In this document: positions 47,181-60,472 of the stretch, one piece after another | Layout of the letters: each line of letters opens with the position of its first letter | How positions within the stretch are numbered: the first letter of the stretch is position 1 | Assembly: GCA_964016885.1 (NCBI GenBank) | Contig: OZ024743.1 | Location: 137,330,001-137,394,000 of the forward strand | From: Eledone cirrhosa | Taxonomy: Eukaryota | DNA length: 64,000 nucleotides | Reading direction: 5' to 3' | Notes under the pieces: generated by a model | Seen by the model: the letters and a program-made list of their open reading frames with translations, nothing else | Told to the model about the DNA's origin: nothing | The model's database searches: none | Position numbers and translations under genes: made by a program

Positions 47181-49109
47181 ACCATACACCAAACACCAAG
47201 CACCAAGCACCAAACACCAAACAACAAGCACCAGGCACCAAGCACCAAACACCAAACACCAAGCATGCAGCATTAAACACCAAGCACCAAGCACCAAACA
47301 CCAAGCACCAAGCACCAAGCACCAAGTACCAAACACCAAACACCAAGCACCAAGCACCAAGCACGAAACACCAGGCACCAAGCACCAAGCACCAAACACC
47401 AAACACCAAGCACCAAACACCAGCCACCAAGCACCAAGCACCAAACACTAATCACCAAGCACCAAGCACCAAACACCAAGCACCAAGCACCAAACACCAA
47501 ACCCCAAACACCATAGACCAAGCACCAAGCACCAAGGAACAAACACGAAGCACCAAGCACCAAGCACCACACACCAAGCACCAAGCACCAAGCACTAAAC
47601 AGCAAGCACCAAACACCAAACACCAAACAGCAAACACCAAACAGCAAACACCAAACACCAAACAGCAAACAGCAAACGCCAAACACCAAGCACCAAGCAC
47701 CAAGCACCAAACACCAAGCACCAAGCACCAAGAACCAAACACCAAACACCAAACAGCAAGCACCAAGCACCAAACACCAAGCACCAAACACCAAACCCCA
47801 AGCACCAATCACCAAACACTAATCACCAAGCACCAAGCACGAAACACCGAGCACCAAACACCAAGCACCAAGCACCAAACACGAAACCCCAACCACCATA
47901 GACCAAGCACCAAGCACCAAGGAACAAACACCAAGCACCAAGCACCAAGCACCAAACACCAAGCACCAAGCACCAAACACCCAGCACCAAGCACCAAGCA
48001 TCAAACAACAAGCACCAAGCACCAAACACCAAACACCAAACACCAAGCACCAAGCACTAAACAGCAAGCACCAAACACCAAACAACAAACAGCAAACACC
48101 AAACAGCAAACACCAAACACCAAACAGCAAACAGCAAACGCCAAACACCAAGCACCAAGCACCAAGCACCAAACACCAAGCACCAAGCACCAAGCACAAA
48201 GAACGAAACAGCAAGCAGCAAGCAGCAAGCACCAAACACCAAGCACCAAGGACCAAACATCAAACACCAAGCACCAAGCACCAAATACCAAACACCAAGC
48301 ACCAAACACCAAGCACCAAACACCAAGCACCAAACACCAAGCACCAAACACCAAACACCAAGCACCAAGCACCAAGCACCAAACACCAAGTACCAAACAC
48401 CAAGCACCAAACACCAAGTCCCACGCACCAAGCAGCAAACACCAAGCACCAAGCCCCAAGCACCAAACACCAAGCACCAAGCACCAAGCCCCTAGCACCA
48501 AACACCAAACACCAAGCACCAAGCACAAAACACCAAGCACCAATCACCAAGCACCAAACACCAAGCATCAAGCAGCAAGCACCAAACACCAAACACCAAG
48601 CACCAAGCACCAAATACCAAACACCAAGCACCAAGGACCAAACATCAAACACCAAGCACCAAGCACCAAGCACAAGCACCAAACACCAAGCACCAATCAC
48701 CAAACACCAAGCACCAAGCACCAAACACCAAGCACCAGGCACCAAGCACCAAACACCAAGCACCAAGCACCAAACAGCAAGCACCAAGACCGAAGCACCA
48801 AGCACCAAGCACCAAAAACCAAACACCAAGCACCAAGTACCAAAAACCATGCACTAAGAACCAAACACCAAGCACCAAGCACCAATCACCAACCACCAAA
48901 CACCAAACACCAAGCACCAAGCACCAAGCGCCAAGCACCAAACACCAAGCACAGAAGCACTAAGCACCAAACACCTAGCCCCAAGCAGCAAGCACCAAAC
49001 ACCAAACACCAAGCACCAAGCACCAAACACCAAGCACCAAGCACCAAGCACCTAGCACCAAACACCAAACACCAAGCACCAAGCACCAAACACCAAGCAC
49101 CAATCACCA

Positions 49110-52100
49110 AGCACCAAACACCAAGCAGCAAGCACCAAGCACCAAGCACCAAACACCAAGCACCAGGCACCAAGCACCAAACACCAAGCACCATGCACCA
49201 AGCACCAAGCCCCAAACACTTAACACCAAGCACCAAGCACCAGACACCAAGCACCAAAAACCAAACACCAAGCACCAACTACTAAACACCAAGCACCAAG
49301 CACCAAACACCAAGCACAAAGCACCAATCACCAAACACCAAGAGCCAAGCACCAAACACCAAGCACCAAGGACCAAGCACCAGGCACCAAGCACCAAGCA
49401 CAAAACACAAAACACCAAGCACCAAGCACCAAGCAGCAAACACCAAGCATCAAACACCAAACACCAAACACCAAGCACCAAACACCAAGCACCAAACACC
49501 AAGCACAAAGCACCAATCACCAAACACCAAGAGCCAAGCACCAAACACCAAGCACCAAGGACCAAGCACCAGGCACCAAGCACCAAGCACAAAACACAAA
49601 ACACCAAGCACCAAGCACCAAGCAGCAAACACCAAGCATCAAACACCAAACACCAAACACCAAGCACCAAACACCAAGCACCAAGCACCAAACACCAAAA
49701 ACCAAGCACCAAGCACCAAACAACAAGCACCAGGCACCAAGCACCACACACCAACCACCAAGCATGCAGCATCAAACACCAAGCACCAAGCACCAAGCAC
49801 CAAACACCAAGCACCAAGCACCAAGCACCAAACACCAAACAACAAGCACCAGGCACCAAGCACAAAACACGAACCACCAAGCACACATCACCAAGCACTA
49901 AGCACCAAGCACCAAACACCAAGCACCAAGCACCAAGCACCAAACACCAAACACCAAACACCAAGCACCAAGAACCAAACACCAAACACCAAACAGCAAG
50001 CACCAAGCACCAAACACCAAGCACCAAACACCAAACCCCAAGCACCAATCACAAAACACTAATCACCAAGCACCAAGCACCAAACACCGAGCACCAAGCA
50101 TCAAGCACCAAACACCAAGCACCAAGCACCAAGCACCAAGCACCAAACACCAAGCAATAAGCACCAAACACCAAACCCCAAGCACCAAAGACCAAGCACC
50201 AAGCACCAAGGACCAAACACCAAGCACCAAGGACCAAGCAACAAACACCAAGCACCAAGCACCAAACACCCAGCACCAAGCACCAAGCACCAAACACCAA
50301 ACACCAAGCACGCAGCATCAAACACCAAGCACCAAGCACCAAGCACCAAACACCAGGCACCAAGCACCAAGTACCAAACACCAACCACCAAGCACCAAAC
50401 ACCAAACACCAAGCACCAAGCACCAAGCACGAAACACCAGGCACCAAGCACCAATTACCAAACACCAAACACCAAGCACCAAACACCAGCCACCAAGCAC
50501 CAAGCACCAAACACCAAACACCAAGCACTAAGCACCAAACACCAAACAGCAAGCACCAGGCACCAAGCACCAAACACCAAACACCAAGCACGCATCACCA
50601 AACACCAAGCACCAAGTACCAAGCACCAAACACAAAGCACCAAGCACCAAGCACCAAACACCAAACACCAAGCACCAAGCACCAAGAATCAAACACCAAA
50701 CACCAAACAGCAAGCACCAAGCACCAAACACCAAGCACCAAACACCAAACACCAAGCACTAAGCACCAAACACCAAACAACAAGCACCAGGCACCAAGCA
50801 CCAAACACCAAACACCAAGCACGCAGCACCAAACACCAAGCACCAAGCACCAAGCACCAAACACCAAGCACCAAGCACCAAGCACCAAACACCAAACACC
50901 AAACACCAAGCACCAAGAACCAAACACCAAACACCAAACAGCAGGCACCAAGCACCAAACACCAAGCACGAATCACCAAACACTAATCACCAAGCACCAA
51001 GCCCCAAACACCAAGCACCAAGCAGCAAGCACCAAACACCAAGCACCAAGCACCAAACACCAAGCACCAAACACGAAGCACCAAGCACCAAACACCAAAC
51101 CCCAAGCACCAAAGACCAAGCACCAAGCACCAAGCACCAAACACCAAGCAGCAAGCACCAAGCACCAAGCACCAAACACCAAGCACCAGGCACCAAGCAC
51201 CAAACACCAAGCACCATGCACCAAGCACCAAGCCCGAAACACTTAACACCAAGCACCAAGCACCAGACACCAAGCACCAAAAACCAAACACCAAGCACCA
51301 ACTACTAAACACCAAGCACCAAGCACCAAACACCAAGCACAAAGCACCAATCACCAAACACCAAGAGCCAAGCACCAAACACCAAGCACCAAGGACCAAG
51401 CACCAGGCACCAAGCACCAAGCACAAAACACAAAACACCAAGCACCAAGCACCAAGCAGCAAACACCAAGCATCAAACACCAGACACCAAACACCAAGCA
51501 CCAAACACCAAGCACCAAGCACCAAACACCAAAAACCAAGCACCAAGCACCAAACAACAAGCACCAGGCACCAAGCACCACACACCAACCACCAAGCATG
51601 CAGCATCAAACACCAAGCACCAAGCACCAAGCACCAAACACCAAGCACCAAGCACCAAGCACCAAACACCAAACAACAAGCACCAGGCACCAAGCACAAA
51701 ACACGAACCACCAAGCACACATCACCAAGCACTAAGCACCAAGCACCAAACACCAAGCACCAAGCACCAAGCACCAAACACCAAACACCAAACACCAAGC
51801 ACCAAGAACCAAACACCAAACACCAAACAGCAAGCACCAAGCACCAAACACCAAGCACCAAACACCAAACCCCAAGCACCAATCACAAAACACTAATCAC
51901 CAAGCACCAAGCACCAAACACCGAGCACCAAGCATCAAGCACCAAACACCAAGCACCAAGCACCAAGCACCAAGCACCAAACACCAAGCAATAAGCACCA
52001 AACACCAAACCCCAAGCACCAAAGACCAAGCACCAAGCACCAAGGACCAAACACCAAGCACCAAGGACCAAGCAACAAACACCAAGCACCAAGCACCAAA

Positions 52101-54800
52101 CACCCAGCACCAAGCACCAAGCACCAAACACCAAACACCAAGCACGCAGCATCAAACACCAAGCACCAAGCACCAAGCACCAAACACCAGGCACCAAGCA
52201 CCAAGTACCAAACACCAACCACCAAGCACCAAACACCAAACACCAAGCACCAAGCACCAAACACGAAACACCAGGCACCAAGCACCAAGTACCAAACACC
52301 AAACACCAAGCACCAAACACCAGCCACCAAGCACCAAGCACCAAACACCAAACACCAAGCACTAAGCAACAAACACCAAACAGCAAGCACCAGGCACCAA
52401 GCACCAAACACCAAACACCAAGCACGCATCACCAAACACCAAGCACCAAGCACCAAGCACCAAACACCAAGCACCAAGCACCAAGCACCAAACACCAAAC
52501 ACCAAGCACCAAGCACCAAGAATCAAACACCAAACACCAAACAGCAAGCACCAAGCACCAAACACCAAGCACCAAACACCAAACACCAAGCACTAAGCAC
52601 CAAACACCAAACAACAAGCACCAGGCACCAAGCACCAAACACCAAACACCAAGCACGCAGCACCAAACACCAAGCACCAAGCACCAAGCACCAAACACCA
52701 AGCACCAAGCACCAAGCACCAAACACCAAACACCAAACACCAAGCACCAAGAACCAAACACCAAACACCAAACAGCAGGCACCAAGCACCAAACACCAAG
52801 CACGAATCACCAAACACTAATCACCAAGCACCAAGCCCCAAACACCAAGCACCAAGCAGCAAGCACCAAACACCAAGCACCAAGCACCAAACACCAAGCA
52901 CCAAACACGAAGCACCAAGCACCAAACACCAAACCCCAAGCACCAAAGACCAAGCACCAAGCACCAAGCACCAAACACCAAGCAGCAAGCACCAAGCACC
53001 AAGCACCAAACACCAAGCACCAGGCACCAAGCACCAAACACCAAGCACCATGCACCAAGCACCAAGCCCGAAACACTTAACACCAAGCACCAAGCACCAG
53101 ACACCAAGCACCAAAAACCAAACACCAAGCACCAACTACTAAACACCAAGCACCAAGCACCAAACACCAAGCACAAAGCACCAATCACCAAACACCAAGA
53201 GCCAAGCACCAAACACCAAGCACCAAGGACCAAGCACCAGGCACCAAGCACCAAGCACAAAACACAAAACACCAAGCACCAAGCACCAAGCAGCAAACAC
53301 CAAGCATCAAACACCAAACACCAAACACCAAGCACCAAACACCAAGCACCAAGCACCAAACACCAAAAACCAAGCACCAAGCACCAAACAACAAGCACCA
53401 GGCACCAAGCACCACACACCAACCACCAAGCATGCAGCATCAAACACCAAGCACCAAGCACCAAGCACCAAACACCAAGCACCAAGCACCAAGCACCAAA
53501 CACCAAACAACAAGCACCAGGCACCAAGCACAAAACACGAACCACCAAGCACACATCACCAAGCACTAAGCACCAAGCACCAAACACCAAGCACCAAGCA
53601 CCAAGCACCAAACACCAAACACCAAACACCAAGCACCAAGAACCAAACACCAAACACCAAACAGCAAGCACCAAGCACCAAACACCAAGCACCAAACACC
53701 AAACCCCAAGCACCAATCACAAAACACTAATCACCAAGCACCAAGCACCAAACACCGAGCACCAAGCATCAAGCACCAAACACCAAGCACCAAGCACCAA
53801 GCACCAAGCACCAAACACCAAGCAATAAGCACCAAACACCAAACCCCAAGCACCAAAGACCAAGCACCAAGCACCAAGGACCAAACACCAAGCACCAAGG
53901 ACCAAGCAACAAACACCAAGCACCAAGCACCAAACACCCAGCACCAAGCACCAAGCACCAAACACCAAACACCAAGCACGCAGCATCAAACACCAAGCAC
54001 CAAGCACCAAGCACCAAACACCAGGCACCAAGCACCAAGTACCAAACACCAACCACCAAGCACCAAACGCCAAACACCAAGCACCAAGCACCAAGCACGA
54101 AACACCAGGCACCAAGCACCAAGTACCAAACACCAAACACCAAGCACCAAACACCAGCCACCAAGCACCAAGCACCAAACACCAAACACCAAGCACTAAG
54201 CACCAAACACCAAACAGCAAGCACCAGGCACCAAGCACCAAACACCAAACACCAAGCACGCATCACCAAACACCAAGCACCAAGCACCAAGCACCAAACA
54301 CCAAGCACCAAGCACCAAGCACCAAACACCAAACACCAAGCACCAAGCACCAAGAATCAAACACCAAACACCAAACAGCAAGCAACAAGCACCAAACACC
54401 AAGCACCAAACACCAAACACCAAGCACTAAGCACCAAACACCAAACAACAAGCACCAGGCACCAAGCACCAAACACCGAACACCAAGCACGCAGCACCAA
54501 ACACCAAGCACCAAGCACCAAGCACCAAACACCAAGCACCAAGCACCAAGCACCAAACACCAAACACCAAACACCAAGCACCAGGAACCAAACACCAAAC
54601 ACCAAACAGCAGGCACCAAGCACCAAACACCAAGCACGAATCACCAAACACTAATCACCAAGCACCAAGCCCCAAACACCAAGCACCAAGCAGCAAGCAC
54701 CAAACACCAAGCACCAAGCACCAAACACCAAGCACCAAACACGAAGCACCAAGCACCAAACACCAAACCCCAAGCACCAAAGACCAAGCACCAAGCACCA
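49110..54800 (+). repeat. Tandem higher-order repeat, period 1834 bp (262 monomers), ~3 copies; first copy has an internal 189-bp duplication
   Basis: ORFs 50049/51883/53717, 50063/51897/53731, 50689/52523/54357. GCAATAA at 50154/51988/53822. GAGCCAA at 49342/49531/51365/53199. Confidence 0.94.
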
Positions 54801-55172
54801 AGGACCAAACACCAAGTACCAAGCACCAAGCACCAAACACCAAGCACCAAGCAGCAAACACCCAGCACCAAGCACCAAGCACCAAACACCAAGCACCAAG
54901 CACCAAACACCAAACACCAAACACCAAGCATCAAGCACCAAACAGCAAGCACCAAACACCAAGCACCAAACACCAAGCACCAAACACAAAGTCCCACGCA
55001 CCAAGCACTAAACACCAAACACCAAGCACCAAGCACCAAACACCAAGCACCAAGCACCAAGCCCCTAGCACCAAACACCAAACACCAAGCAAAAAGCACA
55101 AAACACCAAGCACCAATCACCAAGCACCAAACACCAAGCAGCAAGCAGCAAGCACCAAACACGAACGACCAA

Positions 55173-58100
55173 GCACCAAGCACAAAATACCAAACACCAA
55201 GCACCAAGGACCAAACATCAAACACCAAGCACCAAGCACCAAACGCCTAACACCAAGCACCAAGCACCAAGCACCAAGCCCCAAACACCAAGCACCAATC
55301 ACCAAACACCAAGCACCAAGCACCAAACACCAAGCACCAGGCACCAAGAAGCAAACACCAAGCACCAAGCACCAAACACCAAGCACCAAACACAAAGCAC
55401 CAAGCACCAAACACCAAACCCCAAGCACCAAACACCAAACCTCAAGCACCAAGCACAAAACACTAATCACCAAGCACCAAGCACCAAACAACAAGCACCA
55501 AGCACCAAGCACCAGGCACCAAGCACCAAGCACCAAACACTAATCACCAAGCACCAAGCACCAAGCACCAAACCCCAAGCACTAAGCACCAAGCACAAAA
55601 CACCAAGCACCAAGCACCAAACACCAAACACCAAGCACCAAAGACCAAGCACCAAACACTAAACACCAAACACCAAGCACCAAACACTGAACACCAAACA
55701 CCAAGCACCAAGCACCAAGCACCAAACACCAAGCACCAAGCACTAAGCACCAAACACCAAGCCCCAAGCACCAAGCACCAAACACCAAACACCAAGCACC
55801 AAGCACCAAACACCAAGCACCAAGCACCATGCACCTAGCACCAAACACCAAACACCAAGCACCAAGCACCAAACACCAAGCACCAATCACCAAAGCACCA
55901 AACACCAAGCAGCAAGCAGCAAGCACCAAACACCAAGCACCAAGGACCAAACATCAAACACCAAGCACCAAGCACCAAACACCTAACACCAAGCACCAAG
56001 CACCAAGCACCAAGCACCGAACACCAAGCACATAACACCAAGCACCAAACACCAAGCACCAAGCACCAAACACCAAGCACCAAACACCAAGCACCAAGCA
56101 CCAAGCACCAAACACCAAGCACCAGGCACCAAGCACCAAACACCAAGCACCATGCACCAAGCACCAAGCCCCAAACACTTAACACCAAGCACCAAGCACC
56201 AAAAACCAAACACCAAGCACCAAGTACCAAACACCAAGCACCAAGCACCAAACACCAAGCACCAAGCACCAATCACCATACACCAAGCACCAAGCACCAA
56301 GCACCAGGCACCAAGCACCAAGCACCAAACACAAAACACCAAGCACCAAGCACCAAGCAGCAAACACCAAGCATCAAACACCAAACACCAAACACCAAGC
56401 ACCAAACACCAAGCACCAAGCACCAAACACCAAACACCAAGCACCAAGCACCAAGCACCAAACAACAAACACCAAGCACCAAACACCAGATATCAAGCAC
56501 CAAGCACCAAACACCAAACACCAAGCACCAAGCACCAAACACCAAACAACAAGCACCAGGCACCAAGCACCAAACACCAAACACCAAGCACCAATCACCA
56601 AACACCAAGCACCAAGCACCAAACACCAAGCACCAGGCACCAAGCAGCAAACACCAAGCACCAAGCACCAAACACCAAGCACCAAACACAAAGCACCAAG
56701 CACCAAACACCAAACCCCAAGCACCAAACACCAAACCTCAAGCACCAAGCACAAAACACTAATCACCAAGCACCAAGCACCAAAAAACAAGCACCAAGCA
56801 CCAAGCACCAGTCACCAAGCACCAAGCACCAAACACTAATCACCAAGCACCAAGCACCAAGCACCAAACCCCAAGCACTAAGCACCAAGCACAAAACACC
56901 AAGCACCAAGCACCAAACACCAAACACCAAGCACCAAAGACCAAGCACCAAACACTAAACACCAAACACCAAGCACCAAACACTAAACACCAAACACCAA
57001 GCACCAAGCACCAAGCACCAAACACCAAGCACCAAGCACTAAGAACCAAACACCAAGCCCCAAGCACCAAGCACCAAACACCAAACACCAAGCACCAAGC
57101 ACCAAACACCAAGCACCAAGCACCATGCACCTAGCACCAAACACCAAACACCAAGCACTAAGCACCAAACACAAAGCCCCAAGTACCAAGCACCAAACAC
57201 CAAACACCAAGCACCAAACACCAATCACCAAACACCAAGAACCAAGCACCAAACACCAAGCCCCTAGGACCAAGCACCAGGCACCAAGCACCAAGCACCA
57301 AACACAAAACACCAAGCACCAAGCACCAAGCAGCAAACACCAAGCATCAAACACCAAACACCAAACACCAAGCACCAAACACCAAGCACCAAGCACCAAA
57401 CACCAAACACCAAGCACCAAGCACCAAGCACCAAACACCAAACACCAAGCACCATACACCAAACACCAAGCAGCAAGCACCAAACACAAAACAACAAGCA
57501 CCAGGCACCAAGCACCAAACACCAAACACCAAGCACGCAGCATCAAACACCAAGCACCAAGCACCAAACACCAAGCACCAAGCACAAAGTACCAAACACC
57601 AAACACCAAGCACCAAACACCAAACACCAAGCACCAAGCACCAAGCACGAAACACCAGGCACCAAGCACCAAGCACCAAACACCAAACACCAAGCACCAA
57701 ACACCAGCCACCAAGCACCAAGCACCAGACACCAAACACCAAGCACTAAGCACCAAACACCAAACAACAAGCACCAGGCACCAAGCACCAAACACCAAAC
57801 ACCAAACACGCATCACCAAGCACCAAGCACAAAATACCAAACACCAAGCACCAAGGACCAAACATCAAACACCAAGCACCAAGCACCAAACGCCTAACAC
57901 CAAGCACCAAGCACCAAGCACCAAGCCCCAAACACCAAGCACCAATCACCAAACACCAAGCACCAAGCACCAAACACCAAGCACCAGGCACCAAGAAGCA
58001 AACACCAAGCACCAAGCACCAAACACCAAGCACCAAACACAAAGCACCAAGCACCAAACACCAAACCCCAAGCACCAAACACCAAACCTCAAGCACCAAG

Positions 58101-60472
58101 CACAAAACACTAATCACCAAGCACCAAGCACCAAACAACAAGCACCAAGCACCAAGCACCAGGCACCAAGCACCAAGCACCAAACACTAATCACCAAGTA
58201 CCAAGCACCAAGCACCAAACCCCAAGCACTAAGCACCAAGCACAAAACACCAAGCACCAAGCACCAAACACCAAACACCAAGCACCAAAGACCAAGCACC
58301 AAACACTAAACACCAAACACCAAGCACCAAACACTGAACACCAAACACCAAGCACCAAGCACCAAGCACCAAACACCAAGCACCAAGCACTAAGCACCAA
58401 ACACCAAGCCCCAAGCACCAAGCACCAAACACCAAACACCAAGCACCAAGCACCAAACACCAAGCACCAAGCACCATGCACCTAGCACCAAACACCAAAC
58501 ACCAAGCACCAAGCACCAAACACCAAGCACCAATCACCAAGCACCAAACACCAAGCAGCAAGCAGCAAGCACCAAACACCAAGCACCAAGGACCAAACAT
58601 CAAACACCAAGCACCAAGCACCAAACACCTAACACCAAGCACCAAGCACCAAGCACCAAGCACCGAACACCAAGCACATAACACCAAGCACCAAACACCA
58701 AGCACCAAGCACCAAACACCAAGCACCAAACACCAAGCACCAAGCACCAAGCACCAAACACCAAGCACCAGGCACCAAGCACCAAACACCAAGCACCATG
58801 CACCAAGCACCAAGCCCCAAACACTTAACACCAAGCACCAAGCACCAAAAACCAAACACCAAGCACCAAGTACCAAACACCAAGCACCAAGCACCAAACA
58901 CCAAGCACCAAGGACCAATCACCATACACCAAGCACCAAGCACCAAGCACCAGGCACCAAGCACCAAGCACCAAACACAAAACACCAAGCACCAAGCACC
59001 AAGCAGCAAACACCAAGCATCAAACACCAAACACCAAACACCAAGCACCAAACACCAAGCACCAAGCACCAAACACCAAACACCAAGCACCAAGCACCAA
59101 GCACCAAACAACAAACACCAAGCACCAAACGCCAGATATCAAGCACCAAGCACCAAACACCAAACACCAAGCACCAAGCACCAAACACCAAACAACAAGC
59201 ACCAGGCACCAAGCACCAAACACCAAACACCAAGCACCAATCACCAAACACCAAGCACCAAGCACCAAACACCAAGCACCAGGCACCAAGCAGCAAACAC
59301 CAAGCACCAAGCACCAAACACCAAGCACCAAACACAAAGCACCAAGCACCAAACACCAAACCCCAAGCACCAAACACCAAACCTCAAGCACCAAGCACAA
59401 AACACTAATCACCAAGCACCAAGCACCAAAAAACAAGCACCAAGCACCAAGCACCAGTCACCAAGCACCAAGCACCAAAAACTAATCACCAAGCACCAAG
59501 CACCAAGCACCAAACCCCAAGCACTAAGCACCAAGCACAAAACACCAAGCACCAAGCACCAAACACCAAACACCAAGCACCAAAGACCAAGCACCAAACA
59601 CTAAACACCAAACACCAAGCACCAAACACTAAACACCAAACACCAAGCACCAAGCACCAAGCACCAAACACCAAGCACCAAGCACTAAGCACCAAACACC
59701 AAGCCCCAAGCACCAAGCACCAAACACCAAACACCAAGCACCAAGCACCAAACACCAAGCACCAAGCACCATGCACCTAGCACCAAACACCAAACACCAA
59801 GCACTAAGCACCAAACACAAAGCCCCTAGTACCAAGCACCAAACACCAAACACCAAGCACCAAACACCAATCACCAAACACCAATAACCAAGCACCAAAC
59901 ACCAAGCCCCTAGGACCAAGCACCAGGCACCAAGCACCAAGCACCAAACACAAAACACCAAGCACCAAGCACCAAGCAGCAAACACCAAGCATCAAACAC
60001 CAAACACCAAACACCAAGCACCAAACACCAAGCACCAAGCACCAAACACCAAACACCAAGCACCAAGCACCAAGCACCAAACACCAAACACCAAGCACCA
60101 TACACCAAACACCAAGCAGCAAGCACCAAACACCAAACAACAAGCACCAGGCACCAAGCACCAAACACCAAACACCAAGCACGCAGCATCAAACACCAAG
60201 CACCAAGCACCAAACACCAAGCACCAAGCACCAAGCACAAAGTACCAAACACCAAACACCAAGCACCAAACACCAAACACCAAGCACCAAGCACCAAGCA
60301 CGAAACACCAGGCACCAAGCACCAAGCACCAAACACCAAACACCAAGCACCAAACACCAGCCACCAAGCACCAAGCACCAGACACCAAACACCAAGCACT
60401 AAGCACCAAACACCAAACAACAAGCACCAGGCACCAAGCACCAAACACCAAACACCAAACACGCATCACCAA
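55173..60472 (+). repeat. Tandem higher-order repeat, period 2646 bp (378 monomers), 2 copies, with an internal ~1.3 kb sub-repeat
   Basis: Offsets 2647 (55467/58114, 55829/58476) then 2646 (56152/58798, 56763/59409), switching across the 8-bp monomer at 55887. ACACTGA and GCACCAG-TCACCAA markers in both copies. Internal offset 1296 (55467/56763). Confidence 0.92.
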
